This document shows, one piece after another, positions 36,680 to 52,507 of a DNA stretch of 64,000 bases; positions within the stretch are counted from its first letter, which is position 1, and each line of letters opens with the position of its first letter. The notes beneath the pieces are model-generated. The model was not told the DNA's origin and did no database searches. It was given only the letters and a program-made list of their open reading frames with translations. This DNA is from Moniliella sp. 'wahieum' (lineage: Eukaryota), in NCBI GenBank assembly GCA_003971905.1, contig RSEE01000079.1:186001-250000 (forward strand), read 5' to 3'. Both the position numbers and the translations under genes were made by a program.

Positions 36680-38720
36680 TCACTGGCAATCGCTTTTTCC
36701 TTTCCTCTTCGCCTGTGATCCAAGGTAGTGCATGCATTCGTGTCTTGATTCCGCCAAGCAAGACAAGTCGATGGGGTATACGCTCTGCCCCCGCGACGCT
36801 GGTGGGCTTTGAAAGCAGAAGCCTAGGTGGCCGCCCCACCCGTTGGTCCGTCTGACGACGCAGACGGGGCCTGTGGCGGAGAGAGGACCTCGGACGAGGC
36901 CGGGCCCGTACCCGCTGATGCAGGTGGTGCAATACGAGACTCGGGTAAGATTGGCTTGGACGCGCTGCAACACACTCCGCGGCGGGCTACCGCACCGGTC
37001 CTTGCCAAAACTAACCTTGGTCGTCTCGTAATCGGGATGGTTCTTCATTGCCGCAATGGCCTTGATGGCATTCTGAATGTTGCAGAAGTTGACAAAGGCC
37101 TGTTGGTTCCATAAAAAGTCAGTCATCTATCAAACGGGGTCAACCGTGCTCCCCCAAGCTAGCACAAGAGTATCAGTACCTACACAATTCTTCTCGCGCA
37201 GGAAATTGACCTGCTCAATCTCGCCAAAGTCGCCAAAGTCGCGGCGGAGTTTCTCCTCCGTGTGGAGGTCAGGGTCGGTGATGTTGCCGACGTAGACATT
37301 GCGTGAGCCCCCAGCTTGTACCGCTACAGCAATGGCAGGCGAAAGAGGGCCCGAGTGCTTCCCCCACCCAATCTTGAGCCGCCGATTGTGAATCATGACT
37401 CCCGAGAAGGACGCCATGTGAAAGAAGGCCAGGGCGGCATGGGGATCAATAAAGGTAACGAACGCAATGTGTTTTTCGGGAAGGTAGCGAATGGTCTGCA
37501 GCAGGCCGCCGCGAACATGGTTACAGATCTCTTCGGTGGTCGTTTCCGAATTGATGTTGCCCAGGTAGACGGTACGGTTGCCCATCTGAGAGAGCGCGGC
37601 AGCAGCACTGGCGGCAGCAGCACTGGCGGGCGAGTCGTCGTTATCATCATACGGAAGGGGGCTTAGGGAAGCCGAGTAGCCCAATGAAGCGGCAGCGGCG
37701 AACCCCATGACTGCGGCCTGATGGTTGTGAGCTTGGTTTTGCTGTTGACTCTTGGGGATGTAGGCGCACCGGTCTTTACCATAGTTGACACGTTTATCTC
37801 CCCAACCAGGCTCAAGCGGCAACACAGCAACGACTTTCATGGCTGTCGCAATGGAGACGAAGTGGACAAAGGCAATGTTGCGGTCCTGGACTACCTTGAC
37901 CTGGTCAATCATCCCAAACCGGCTGAGCTCCTTCCGCAGTGCATCCTCGGTCCATCCCTCCATATTGCCGAGATACACATTGCGTGTCGCGCTGCTCTGT
38001 TGCACCGCCTGGGCCACTGCTGGAGGGACGGGCGAATGTTTGCCCCAGCCAATCTTGAGCTCCGACGAGTGGAGCGAGAGGCGCTTGACACAGGCATCCG
38101 CATGAAACGCCGCAGCCATGGCGGGTTCAAGGAATGAAATGAACGCACACGCCTTCTCGGGCAGGATGCGGACATTCTCGACCGGACCAAACTTGACCAG
38201 GTTCAGCAGCTCCTCCACCGATGCCGACGGAGGGAGGTCGCCTACATACACGGTGCGGCCGGGCGCATTGGAGCCACCAGGGCTGTTGACGTAGGGGACC
38301 CCATAACGGGCATATTTAGTCCATATGGACTGCCGAGCGGGGGGGTGCCAATGAAACCATATCCTGGGGTAGGAGTGAGGTACCCGGCCTGACCATAGCC
38401 AGGGGCAGGTGATGGCAGCACGCCATATGCTGGGTGGTGAGGAAGATTATGGGTCTGGTCAGCACCCTTGCTGTGTTGCATGCTACGCTAGGGGGACACA
38501 TACGACTGGGAGTGATGGGGGACTCGGCCTGCGGCGCGGAGGCCACAGGGGGAGGGTACATGCCGGCTGGGTTGAGGATAGGGGGATAAATGCCGAGACC
38601 AGCAGGAGAGAGGCGCTGGGCCTGCTGTGGGGGGAGTTGCCCGGGCTCGTGGGGCGACAGGTAGTCGTCCGTGTTGTGGAAAGGGGGAGGGGGGAAATTG
38701 GCGGGGGCAAACGGCTGCAT
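36680..38720 (-). CDS. Four-RRM RNA-binding protein of the Nrd1/Msa2 (S. pombe) / Mrn1 type
   Basis: TVYVGDL..PEKACAFISF..LKIGWGK, ATRNVYLGN..YGKDRC, NRTVYLGNI..RRLKIGWGKHSG, SRNVYVGNI..AFVNFCNIQNAIKAI..FGKDRCG; both ends approximate. Confidence 0.88.
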
Positions 38721-39955
38721 GGCGGCTGGGATGGGGGGTAAACGATGCAGAGCAACACAGCACAGCGAAGACGAAGACGAAGGGGCAGGGAGAGGAGCGC
38801 GGGAGACAAGGGAAACGGCGCGGGGACTGATGGGCGTGGTGGCGGGCGCAGCCTAGTCCATCCGAGGTGTGGTCTGGGATGGCTGCGGGAGACGATGGAG
38901 TACAGGAGGCGGCGTAGATGGAAGCGACTCGTGCTGGTGCTCGTGGGCCTCGAGGTGAAGCTTCGCTGCGGAGCTGCCTGTGGCGCAATCGTTAATCACG
39001 GCCAGCGGCCGCGCACACAGCCATGGCAGCCCCCTGCGCCGCTGCCTGGTTGCGCCGATCTGCCCCGCACACTGCCCCACGGCCGTGCCCCTGGGCGTCA
39101 CTGGTACATCCGGCAGGCTCTCTTTGTGGTGCCCTCAGTCTGGGCGCCTGAGCCAACCCGCTCGGCGCGCTACAGCCTGCACCGTTGCGTTCAAGTTCAA
39201 CTGAACGTTCAACTAAAGCTATTCAGCGCATATTCAGCCTGCGCTCAGCCGCTCACCAGCCCCTTCAGGCAGTCTTTCGCCTTGTGTCTTCCCCTTTTCT
39301 GGCGCCTTCATTCCCTCCGTTTCGTCCGCCCATCGTACTACCAGGGATGCCGCTGGAGGCGCCGCTGGGCAGCAAACTGCGCCCGCGCATCCTCGCAACA
39401 AAAGGAAAAAAATAACCTCGGCCGATCTCTTATCTCAGATCTCACCGCATATTTCCGAAGATGCTCGCGCGCGTCATTAACGGTACTAACTACCTCTGCA
39501 TACATCAGCTGGATCTTTTCGACAGAACTGTCACGCATATGCGTGCGAGCTGTTCATTTTGTCACTGTCAACTCTCTTCCCGCGGTCTTCTCTCTCGGTG
39601 CTCCTTGAAACGAGAACATCGATCCCGCCACCCTCATCGATCATCGCTGTCTGAAATAAAATGTTGTTCAACAGAGTTAGCAACAGGGACCTGGGTTCTG
39701 TTGATGGCCTCAATTCACATATTCACAACCTCCGTCGTATAACATGCCTCATCACAGTCTCTGCAATACCCCTACTTAATTGGTGATATCTAGTCCATGC
39801 GGATTTTGACACTACGATTACACTTATATCCGCGAGCGACACATGTATAGACCAGCTATCTATATATTACTTCGGGCACACACATTCAGCTTTAGCCGAA
39901 TATGACCTCAGTGGTCATTCTCTCGCACTATATATAGCAGAGCCACGCCCGACCT

Positions 39956-39993
39956 CAAAAACACACAGCCTTTTCAAAAACACACAGCCTTTT
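39956..39993 (+). repeat. 19-bp tandem duplication
   Basis: caaaaacacacagcctttt x2. Confidence 0.85.
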
Positions 39994-40763
39994 GACGGTC
40001 CGGAAGAGGCTATGAAACTGTGTGATGGACCATGCTCAACGATTAGAAACGGTCTCCGGGAATGCATGCTGAGCTCTGCGCTCGAGACTTAAGTCAAACT
40101 AGAACCTTTGATTTCGGCGGTCGCAGCCGAACAAAATACCCGAGTTCAGGACAACGTCTCCATCGTAACTCTGTTTTAGTATGACCACTGCGACCCACGC
40201 CAAGAAAACACAGACCACTGGAATACACATGATCAGACAGAGGGGTACTTCGAAGAGGTGATGGTGGAGGCTGTCGATAAAAGGAAGTGCCAAAAAAGGA
40301 GGGCAAAACGAGGATGCATTCTAAGGTCGCTTGTTTCACCCAGAAGACGAGAGGCTCTTATTATGGCGCAGAGCCACTCTTGTTCGATGATCGTGTATCG
40401 ATGTGGAAGATACCCCGTTTCGGCCGGGGCGTTTGCGGTAGGCAGGCCATAGGAGAGGCTCCTTCGTGGCTCCTTGGTTTCATTCGTCGTATCGTGAGGC
40501 GAGGCCGCTGCACTGAGCTCATTCTGCCGCGAGCAGCTGCTGCAGGAGCCCAAGTGGGTGCGCCGCGCCAGAAACCCCCAGCAATCGGCGACCCAGCCCC
40601 GGATTACCTAAGCCAAACCTGCCCCACTGCCCCCGTGCTGCGCGGGGGGGGGGCGCCACGTAATCGGTAATCGGGCGAGGGAGCTGGTGGGCCGTGCGAC
40701 CTCCGCGCAGCCAGCAGCCAGCAGCCCGCACTGAGCTCCCTCAGCCGGAGCTCACATGCATAG

Positions 40764-42060
<1,297 letters not shown>

Positions 42061-42508
42061 ACTTGGGACTTCTGCGTCACCTCCTATCCCATCGGAGCAC
42101 TTTCTTCCCGTTGTTCTTCCTTGCCTTTTCTGCTGTGTGTGTGTAACTGTCCAGCTGCTTACTATACAAAAATATGCTCGTTTCCCCTGTGGTTGGCTTC
42201 TTGCTTGCATAGTGTCTGTAACAATTTGGCATCGACTCAATGCGCGCGAGCCCAATTGAATCGCCCCTACTGAACTCTTTTCATTTTAGCGACGTCCTGA
42301 GCCACGCGGCTAAGGGGATTGCAACATATGCTGAAGTGTATAGGAAAGTAGCGGAGCCGATCGATATTATGATAGGGGGCGAAAAATGGGCGTTGGTCGC
42401 AGGAAGCTGGAGGAGAGAGCTAGAGGATAGTACGGTTGAAAGCCCCTACTGGCTTACATTTTGCCAAGCTCACGCTATACCAGCCTTCGGAATCTGTGGG
42501 CTTCGCCA

Positions 42509-42640
42509 GTGACTAGTGACTAGTGACTAGTGACTCTAGTGACTAGTGACTAGTGGTATGCCAAGTCGCAGTAGTCAGTAGTCAGTAGTCAGTGGCAGTA
42601 TCAGTAGGCAGTCCAGCTAGTACTCGAAGTACTCAGTCAT
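42509..42640. repeat. (ACTAGT-G)n array plus GTAGTCA repeats
   Basis: gtgactagtgactagtgactagtgactctagtgactagtgactagtg. Confidence 0.9.
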
Positions 42641-43529
42641 CCTGTGTGGCAACATCGTATCCGGCCTCTAGACTGATGCTGTCTTAGATCTTATGAATAT
42701 GAGCACCGAAATACCATGGTCACGCGTCACTGCACTCCGCACGTTCTTTCAATCTCAGACGGTAGCAGTAGTGTGCGGACGGGCACGGGCTCCCGGGTGA
42801 TTCCACCCGGGTTCCGTTCCCCGTCCGGCGGGTTCCGCTCCTCCTTCTCTTCATCCATCTGTTTACACATCTGTCTGTCTGTCTGCGCTGCACCCCCACA
42901 AGTAGATGCATGCACATCAGTTTCCGCGGTCATTATAGTACTTTGCCCTTACTCGTCTCGCCCGCATATCTGCCACAATCAGTCAAATCCCCCTTTTATC
43001 GGGATAGCCAAGGGTGGCGGCTGTCGCCTTGCTTTCGGGGAACGAAAGCCGTGCCATCATATGATGCCCATGATAAAATGCTCCCAACCCTGGACCTCTG
43101 GTTACTTCCACAGTGGCTCAGCTGGCTGAGGCTCAAACTGGACGCCTCCTCAGTTTGAGCTTGAGTCCTCTGTGGCTACGCCACACAGCCTACGCCTGCT
43201 GTCTGGTTTGATTTCCTCAAGGGGCGCAAGTCGACATCATCGAGAGTTCAACGTTCAGAACTGCCAAAGCGCACGCAGATTGATACTGAGCTGAGGCTCA
43301 GCGCTACTCAAGATCTCGGGGAGGCGTTCCTCACAGAAACGTCCAGGCTGTTCTTAGTGGCAAAAAGGGGCTGTCGGAGGTCCAAGCTGGTTGCAAGCGA
43401 AAGGGATGTGTGCACGTGTGTGGCCATTTCTGATCTGAACTCTGAACGGGGATATCCATAAACGCCTTTCGGGTAGTATTAATTGGAACATGCTGGGCGC
43501 GGCTTGTGTGCTGGTGGCGGGCTGCCGTC

Positions 43530-43915
43530 GTGCATCATGCATCACGGCCATGGATCATGCATCGGGTATACTAGAAAGGTCAAGCCGGTCAAGCTTCAAG
43601 CTTCAAGCTTCAAGTGAGAACCAGCTGCCTGAGATCGACCGTGGGTATGAGTAGCGGATAGATGGCCGGGATCGATGATCGATGAAGCTGATGAAGCTTC
43701 TTGAAGCTTGAAGCTCGAAGCTCGAAGAACGGTATGTCGAGAAACATGAACTGCATGAATGTCATGAACCGATGGCGATATAACGATGCTGGTAATCCGG
43801 TAATCGATAATCGGTAATCGTCGATAATCGATAATCGATAATTGATCATCGATCATTGATCCGATCAGTGATCGATCGAGTAGATCTGTGCCAGTTAAAC
43901 GTTAAATGTTAATGA
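43530..43915. repeat. Palindrome tract upstream of the RING-vWA gene (ATGCAT, AAGCTT, ATCGAT, AACGTT)
   Basis: aagcttcaagcttcaagcttcaag, tcgataatcgataatcgataat, gatcatcgatcattgat. Confidence 0.9.
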
Positions 43916-44394
43916 CAGTTTTGCTGTGGGCAGCTGCTCGGGGACCCTTTTGTGTCGTTTCAGCCGCAGTAGATGGGCTGGGCACGGGGGCTGAGTACTG
44001 CATGGTCTGTGGCGCGAGGGATGTGGCTGGGGAGGGGGGGCTATAACCTTAGTGGCTGGCTCTTCGGCGGGTCGGTCAGCCGCTCCAGTGCCGCGGTTAG
44101 CATCCAGAACAGCAGGCCACTACCACTACCACCACCACCATCCCCTCTCTACCTCCACATCCCCTCCTTTTTCCGGGCATGTTGCGTCACCCATCTGGCC
44201 AACCTCCACCCAGTGCATCTTCTGCCGAGGCGGAAGCCCAGGCTCACGCTGCCGAAGTCACCCCTTGGGAGTTTGAGGAAGGAGGTACGTCGGCCTCTCG
44301 TGCACCGTTTCGTCACGATTGGTTCCCCTAACCACTCTCCAGGCATCTACCATCCTTCTTCGGCCAATGGGCCTCCCCATCGGCAACAGCCGGG

Positions 44395-47300
44395 ATGGCG
44401 GGCCTGTCCCCCCCAGCGTCGGCACCGACTCCCAAGCGATCTGGGCGGTTTTCAAGCTTCTTATCAAGGAAAGACAAGAACGTCGCATCGGCGCCATCAG
44501 TACCGCTCTCAAGTACCAGCCCCGCGCCCCCCTTCTCACGGGGCAGCCTGAGCTCTGACCGATGTGGACGAGCGCTCCACTCCTGCTTCTTCCCAGGCTT
44601 CCTTGACTCGCCACATGTCCCCACCCGTTCCTACCCAGAGCGTACTCGACGTGAACGATGAGCCCGAGTGTCCCATCTGCCTCGAGCCTTTATCGCTCCG
44701 GTTGAACGGAGAACGACCACATGTGGTTCCGATATGCGCACATGCCATGCACCACGAGTGCTTTACTGCCATGTACGGCGACCCTAAAGCTGTACTTTCC
44801 GCACAAGAGAGAGAGGAGAGGGTTGGCCCGTTGCGTCGTACTTCTCACGAGGAGATGATCTGCCAAGTCTGCCGTAAACAGATTCTGCTTACCGGAGACA
44901 GAGTGGGAAGCAAGACTACGGCAATAATTGGCTCGGCTTGGGGGACGGGACGGCCCTCAATTTCGGACAACAACCCTCTCTCAGATCCGAACGGGGATGA
45001 CAAGGCCGATTCTGGGCGGGAGACTGGACCAATGGCTCAGCCTCGCATAGAGGCAGTCAGTGACGTCTCCCCGATTTACCGCAAGGCGGCAAGTGCAGGG
45101 AAGATGCAACTTCTCAACGTCTTGATCACTGTGTCTATTCCCGGGCGTCGATCGTGCAGTGACTACGGATTGGGTGGGAAGAAACTCCTTCGACGCAACA
45201 GCCGTGTGAGTCTGCCAAGTCTGCCCCGGTCAGGGAGTACCTCAAGCCGAATCCGATCTATGACGGTGTCCAGCGACGCGCCCACGGAAGGGAAACGACT
45301 ATACGACCTTCCCGAAGAAGCCAGTATCTCCCCCCTTGCAAACACCCGATTCTCGCCGCGCCGAAGTAACAGCTGATCTAAACGATCGTATCCTTGACTG
45401 GAAAGGCCACCAGCTCCATTTTGGCGGGTTGCAGTACTTCGATTCGATTTCCATCGTTCAGGCAAGCGGCGCGCCAGTTTGGAGTATATCTTTTGGAGGA
45501 GGCTCTGCTCTGCACGCTCGAAGATAAGAGAAAACATGTGAGTCGGTACCTCAGTATACCCTACTCGAACTCCTCAGATGATGGCCGGAGCAAGGTGATC
45601 CGAAGTGTACCTTCAGCACTCAAGCTCAAGGGAAGAATTTACTTGCGCCATATCCGGGCAGTCGTGGCCTCATCTTCGGCAGAGGCTGCACTGAGCATCA
45701 AGATGATCGATGAGAAGCTCCCTGACTTTATCTTGGTCTTTCACTCGGAACGACAAGCTGAGCTATGGAAAGATCGAATTGAAGGGCTGATCCATAACAT
45801 TCACCACCCCGAGGCCAAAATTTCTCTCCCGCTTGACATGGATTTGAGTGGACGAATGGAGGAGGCCCCGTCAGTGAGGTCCCCAAGGTCAGATATTTCA
45901 TCGTCCTCCATTCCCAAGAGCATCGCCCCTGAAGATGAGGTCGCCTCGCCTGATTCGACAAAGAGTCGACAATTTACCCCTCGTTCCGGCACAACTCCAC
46001 GACCTTCCCCGATCCCCAGTCCGCAGGGGGCCCTCCCCCCGATTCCTTGTAAAGTCGATGCTCTGGACCGATTTGGATTCGATGGTTCTGAAGCACTTCC
46101 TGGGGATCCCACCCCAAAACTCTACCCCCCCGTGGCTCTCGATTTGGTTCTCGTGGTCCCCATCCCCCCCATACCGAGAGAAGGAATGCCCCCCTCTGAT
46201 GCAATCAAGCTCACCCTGCTTCGTTCTAGCTTGCTCTTCCTGCTCGACGCAGTGGGGGACAAAGGGCGGATCAGTATTGTGGCCTACCGTGCAGCGCACA
46301 AGCAAGATGGGGGTTTCGTCGCCAAGACACAGCTTCTTCGTCCTTCTCTCCCTCACTCACACGATACGCTTACACAGTTCCTCGATTTGCTTTCTCAGGC
46401 CCACGACGCGTCTTCGATGGGGGACTTGTGGAGGATCTCTCTCAGTTCCCCGGTATGAGCGAATATGTCGACCTTGCCAGTGGTGGGAATGTGGGCGTAT
46501 GTCCTCCTCCAACGTAAGAGCAAAAATCCCATCTCGGCTCTGCTAATAGTGGACGATTCCCCTATCGGGCCCAAAAGAGGTGAGATGGATCTCTTTTCTC
46601 AGCGAGCTGAGGCGACGGGAGCTAGGGTCCACACCTTCGGTCTGGGCGCAAAACATGACCCCAGTTCGCTGTGGTTGATTGCTTCCCAAACCAAAGGGAG
46701 CTATACCTACCTCCATCGTGCCTCAGAGCTACGGATTGTGCTCTCCGGATGTGTCGGCTCGCTTATCTCTACTGCCTTAACTGAGGTCACGCTGCGTATC
46801 ACGCTCGACCCTCATCGGCCTGTGCGCGCACGCAAGCCCAAGTCCTCCAGCCACTACTTCGTCTCTGCGGACGGGAAAGGTGTGGAAGTACCCCTTGGTC
46901 CACTCCCCTACGGGAGCCAGCGGGACACCCTTCTAGAACTCGAGATGGATTTCGATGGGGTCTACCGCAGTGTTGCCCTCCCTCAAGAAGAGGGGTGATG
47001 GACGAATACCTTTTGCAGTTTGGTATGGACCCAGCCCTGCTTTCCACTCCCCAAGTAGAGGAAGCACCCCTGTTCATTGCCGACGCATCGTACCGAGACC
47101 CCAGGACGCATCAGCAGGCGAACCGCCTTCCTAATCCCGTGGAATTTAGCGTGGTTCTTTCACCCGGAGCCGACCCACAAGCAGGATTGCTTCCAGCGCA
47201 GATGGCTGCTTATGCCCGGGCACGGGTCACTCGCCGCACAATGGAGTTGTTGACAGCGAGTTTGATTACCAACAGCGTCCTTGTTGCCCCTCACAATGCC

Positions 47301-47776
47301 CAGCAAGCTGCTACCCTCCTGCTCCAGTCGCGGCAGATGATCGAGGCAGTGTTACTTTCTACGCCAGGTTTCGTTGGGCCACTACCCAGTCAAACGCCAT
47401 ATGCAGCGCGCGTTCAAGCGCTCTCACCCCCTCCCAATTCCGCCCCCACTGCACCATCTGCCCCTGTTCAGGACGAACACGAGCAGACCATCGCTTCGCT
47501 CACGGGGATCCTGGAGGATTTGGAGACGCTCCTAGGTGTGCTAGAGGGGACTCGCACCAACGGTCGCGTTGTATCTGGTGGGGAGCGGTTTGAACAGGAA
47601 GGACGCAAGTTTGCCGCACAGCAGGCTATGGTCCTGCGTACCCAACGTGCTTGGTCCAGCCGCACCAACACGAACACTTTGTATTCAAAGACGACAATGG
47701 CCCCGCCCTCGCTGTCTTGGCTGGACTCAGTGCACCTCCCCCGCCCAAAAACAGCAGTCGAAGGGTATCTTCGTAA
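44395..47776 (+). CDS. RING-H2 + PH + von Willebrand A protein (Far1/Ste5-like scaffold)
   Basis: ECPICLEPL...PHVVPICAHAMHHECF...CQVCR; LKLKGRIYLRHI (PH); PVALDLVLVV and VHTFGLGAKHDPSSLWLIASQTKGSYTY (vWA); several 1-nt frameshifts. Confidence 0.8.
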
Positions 47777-48649
47777 TGTCATTCTCCGCGTCTAAGCATT
47801 TGCCCTGTGCGCGGGCCATAGGATCCGCGAGGTATAAAGAGATAAAGACCAAACACCTTAAGCGTAGGTCTGTCTCCTTCGTTATAACTAGGAGGCAAAT
47901 TACGATTCGAAGACTTCGGTGACCATGTCATATGTCAATGCTGCCCCTTTTTCAAGCCAAGACTTCTTTTTGCTTCCTCCTCACGAATTCAGGGAGTCAA
48001 GGGCCAAAAACCGTACTGCCCCCGGGGTGTAGACCAAATGGCTGGAAAGCACCAATCGTGTCGACACTGGGCCAGTTATATGGCTCAAGATCAAGGGAGA
48101 ATGAATTGGTGGCCAGGACGGTGGTGATGAATACAAGTCACGGCAGCACTGCTACCCCCGCTGGCCCCGCCTCTGCCGCGTCCTGCTTAACGTGAATGAT
48201 CAGTACTTAGCCTAGTAGGCGTTGAAGGGAGGGGAGGTTATTCTTTTGACCTTCGTTCTACCCCCCTTTTTGCCGAGGGAACATGGGCCCAAGATGCCGA
48301 TAACGCCGGAAGGTACGATGTGAGGGTCAGCAGCGCGGGAAGCCAGTTGACTACTGGTAAACTGGGCCTTTTTCGGTGGCATCTGTCTATCGTCAGCTGT
48401 TGCACAAACCGAAAGCGCAGTAACAGATACTCTCATTTTGCAAGCAGTGGGTCTAGAGTAATGCTGTTACTTTACATCTTCCCGAATCTCCTCCGACCTT
48501 CCTTTACTGACACAAGTCGCCGCCAACCAGTCCAGCGCCCTCCAAATGCCCAAGAACTACATCGTGTCATGGGGCGCATTCCATCTGAAAATTGAGCACG
48601 AAAGACACGAAGAAATGGTGCACCGCCGAGTGTCGCATGGCGAAAATGT

Positions 48650-49420
48650 TTAATCCTCCATGAACATCCCATCTGGTCCAAGGAGGGAGATGACATGGTC
48701 GGTATCGTCCAGTGTGCCCGACTTGCCCTTACGATCCGGGACGAGGGCAAAGCGCATAACCTCAAACTTGGCACCTTTCTCGCGCCGGATAGAGGTAAAG
48801 TAAACCGTTCCCCCACCTTGATTCATCTGTCAGCTCTCTCCAAAGTAATAAGGAAAATTTGGACGTACGCAAGCCGCCCACCGCGGAAGGAAATGTCGAT
48901 CTTGCCTTGCAAGACGTTGATCTGAGGGGGAGCGCAGTGTCAGCTAGTTAGCAACTGGAAAAAGGAGACGAAATCTAGAACATACTGTGCCGCTGATCCA
49001 GGGATCTCCCACGATTGACGGTTCCAGGCGGACGTTACCGCCAAGGGCATGTTTGGCCAGCTCGTTGTCCCGCACACAGCGGACGGCGTAGCGGAAACCT
49101 GTAGAGGTAGTACGCTCACGGTTGTGGAGGTAGAGGGTATAAAGGCCCCAGAAGGCGCACATTCCACCAAATATCAGCCCGTACTTGAGCTTTTCACTGC
49201 GGATCGGGGGGATGTCGCGCACAACACGGGAGCGCACCTTGGGCACATGCGCTGCACCCCCTGGCTCATTGACGTACTTGGGCAGATCGAACTTAACCTC
49301 TGGCCGCTCCTCAGGGGATGACGCGCCCAGTCGAGCAGAGGTGCAGATGTTTCGCAAGGCAAGTGGGCTGGAGCGTGACGGAATCGCTCGCAGCGCTCGC
49401 ATGGACATGGAGATGGACAT
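48650..49420 (-). CDS. COA1: Cytochrome c oxidase assembly factor Coa1 (mitochondrial)
   Basis: Presequence-like start, TM helix, NRERTTS...VRDNELAKHALG..PWISGT, intron, then INVLQGKIDISF...RREKGAKFEVMRF. Confidence 0.75.
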
Positions 49421-51519
49421 GGTGGCCTTCAGCTCATAGCCATCCGACCTTCCGCCAGAAGTCGGTGCAGTTTCAAGCTGCTGGCGTTGCACCTGGTCGT
49501 CGATTATGTCAGCAAGGGTTTACCCCAGCACTATCGTTGATTCAACGTGTTGCCACAACTACCACCACAGTAGTGCAAGCTTGCCGTTCTTTCTGCATCT
49601 CGCCCCTGGGTCGATGGTCCCTAACTGCTTGATTACATCCTATTATGTACTAGTTACCTTACCTGTTACATGTTACCCCCGCCCCGCTCGTGGATCTTGA
49701 TCTCTTATGGCATCACCTGCGCCTAATACCAGCAGTATGCACAGTACTCCCTCTATTGGCCGAACATCATGCATCATGCATCATGCAAAATGGATGATGC
49801 TCGCACTGGCTACCCAAAGCCGCAAAAGCGCAGGATCGAATTCAAACTTTAAGCCGCGATTCCGCTCACGGTCAGCCGCTGCACGGCGAATCCACCAACC
49901 AACACCAGCCAACACCCCCTTCAACTTGGGCTACAACCGCCATGTCGCGTCAAACCATCGGACGCGGTGGCATTTCCATTGGTGTGCCTTCCTTTCTCCA
50001 TACCGCGTTCTCCGCGTACTAGGGTGCTTAATCCTTCCATCACCTTCCACCTACAAGCCTTGATATCTCACTAGAATCCTTACCAACATCCGCAAGTCAT
50101 TTGGGCTGCCAAAAGAACCGATCCCATGAAGCCGCGAGATGCTGTCTTGGGTGGCTTTGCAAAAGCGCTAACGTACTATTCGTCCAGTGATCGAAGTGGC
50201 CTAAATACGCTCTTCCTTCTCACTGTCTAACCATCGTGGTCCGAGGCAATTTGCAAATGTCCACGCGCTCTTGGAAGCGATCTCAAGAGAGGCGTGCGAA
50301 TATAATTATGAAAGCAGGATCAGAGTGCTGTCGAGTTACGACTCGACCCTCTACCCATAACGGGCTCCGACTGGGAAACATGTCTCTTGATACGGTGTGA
50401 TGTGCAAAGCACAATTTTGGTTGCGTAGTCTTTTCTCGGTATGCATAGTGAGTGTACTGGCAGTAGAGCGAAAGGTTGTGCGCCAAGCGCGAGATGTGAG
50501 GAACTGACTGTGACAGGGGACGGGAGCTTGTTGAATATAACCGCTCCTCGTTTCGGGACGTAACCGGATGCCACTATCCACATATAGCGTATTCTAAACC
50601 CAGGAAGAGGCCAATTCCAGGAGCCTACTGGAAGGAGTTGAGGTGAACTTCCTCTTCTCCTTCTCCTTCTCCCTCACCGCCATCTGCCTTGGCCAGTTGA
50701 CTTCCTCAACAGAGCTGAATCGGTTGACATCGTTACGTCGGAACAACGGAATGCTGCAATCTAGGCGCGCGTAGAAGATGTTCAGAATGCAATGTCGTGT
50801 CGGAGAATGGTGAGTGGTGGAGTTGAGGAAGCGTTTGGCGCGTGTGATCATTGTCTCCTCTTCTGTCGGGTTTAACAACACTATTATACATAGAGCAAAG
50901 CCAATACAGTTTCCTCTTCCAAGAGAAACGAGCACGTATCTCCTTGTGTATACTACCTTCCGGAACGCAACAGCTATATATGCCCCTCTCTCATTATCAA
51001 AGTCCCTCAAGTGTGATCCATCTCCTTTCCTGATTTATCAAACGCACCTTCTCCCAGCATCACACCTGTAGTCCTCCGTCCCCTTTTGGGCATACCCTTA
51101 CCCCTAATCGTCTTCAGTTTGCAAAAATGTGTGTTGATAATATGTATTTGAATTGGGCGGATCGTCTGTTGCCTGGCCTGTAAAACAGTGGTGAAGTTGG
51201 TAACCGGTAAAGGTTATAATGTAATGCCTTGGTCAAATGGCCAACATACCATGGGATGGCACCCCTACCGACTAAGAGAGCTAGGCGCTGACAATAATCT
51301 GATTAAGAGAGCACACACAGGCACAGAGACGAAAGAAGGAGGAAGTCGGTGCGGTGTCAGTACTCAGTAGCGGAGAGAAGTGAAGACACCGTAGAGTCAG
51401 GAGTCGACGCGAACACATTTTTTAGCACAAAAGAAGTCGCAGACGCGTGGACTGAAGTTGCCGAATAAGCCCAGCCTCGCGGATGGTGTCTAGGGAACTC
51501 CCCGTCAAAACTGTTACAG

Positions 51520-52245
51520 TTATTAAGTACTAATGATTAATGGTTAATGACTAGTCCTACAGGTTTCAACGGCATAAGCTTCAAAGTAGCTTCTTTAATG
51601 TGTACTAGCCAGAACAGGCTAGAACCGCGCGATAAAGCTAACCTGGTTCCTGACCCCCTGGGGCCGATTTTGCACGAACATGCGTTTTGTTTCAGCCTTC
51701 AGCTGCTCAGCGCTCAGCTGAGCCCCACCACGCGCCGCATGCGGGGCGCCACATGTGACTGAGAGAGATCGCCCAAGCGCTCCCACATGCGCCTAAGCTA
51801 CAGGGGGCATCTTAAGTACTAAGTACTGAGTACTGACGGAGTAAATGAGTACACTGAGGTACTGAGGCCTGGGCCTCTGACATGTGAGGTCTCAGAGAGA
51901 GGCCGGCCGGCTGAGGAGCGCAGTCAGTTCTGCTTCAGGAACATGGATTTCAGCGCAGCAGCTGTCAGCATGTCAGCATGTCAGATCTCTCAGATCTCGT
52001 ACGGCGCAGACAACCCTCAGGCTGAGGCCTCGGGCCCTCATGTATCATGCATCAGTACATCAGTGAATACTCAGTTGAGTAACTCAGTAGTACGTCAGTA
52101 CGTTACATATCAGTACTCAGTTACTCAGTACTCAGTATGAGTACCACGCGTTAATTGTAAAGGTTAAGCTTAAGTACGTTAAAGTGATCGATGATCGATG
52201 TTCACACTGAGTACTGATCCCATGCCTTGAAGCTTGAAGCTTGCA
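51520..52245. repeat. Palindrome tract upstream of DUF6533 paralog 1 (AGTACT, AGGCCT, AGATCT, AGCGCT)
   Basis: aagtactaagtactgagtactga, cagtactcagttactcagtactcagta, agatctctcagatctc, gatcgatgatcgatg. Confidence 0.85.
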
Positions 52246-52507
52246 CACCGGCAACGCCACTTGTCTGGGGTTCCACGTTCCTTCCACATGGTCGGGTCTC
52301 AGATCTCGGATCTCTTATACATGTCACAAACAATCACCCACGCATAAAACGGTGTATCATGCGTCATGCATCTTCCATCCCGGCGGTGGGCTTCGGTTCA
52401 AACCGTCTTCTTCATGTCCCCTCGGCCTCATATTTTGTAACTACTTATCCCACCATCAGGCCCTCTCTCTCTGTCACCACCATACACTTCGGGCAGGTCT
52501 TGTTACC

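Noticed and set aside
49942..50290. Possible small spliced gene starting MSRQTIGRGGISI, divergent from Coa1
   Set aside because: Intron-like signals exist, but no coherent or recognisable protein could be assembled.
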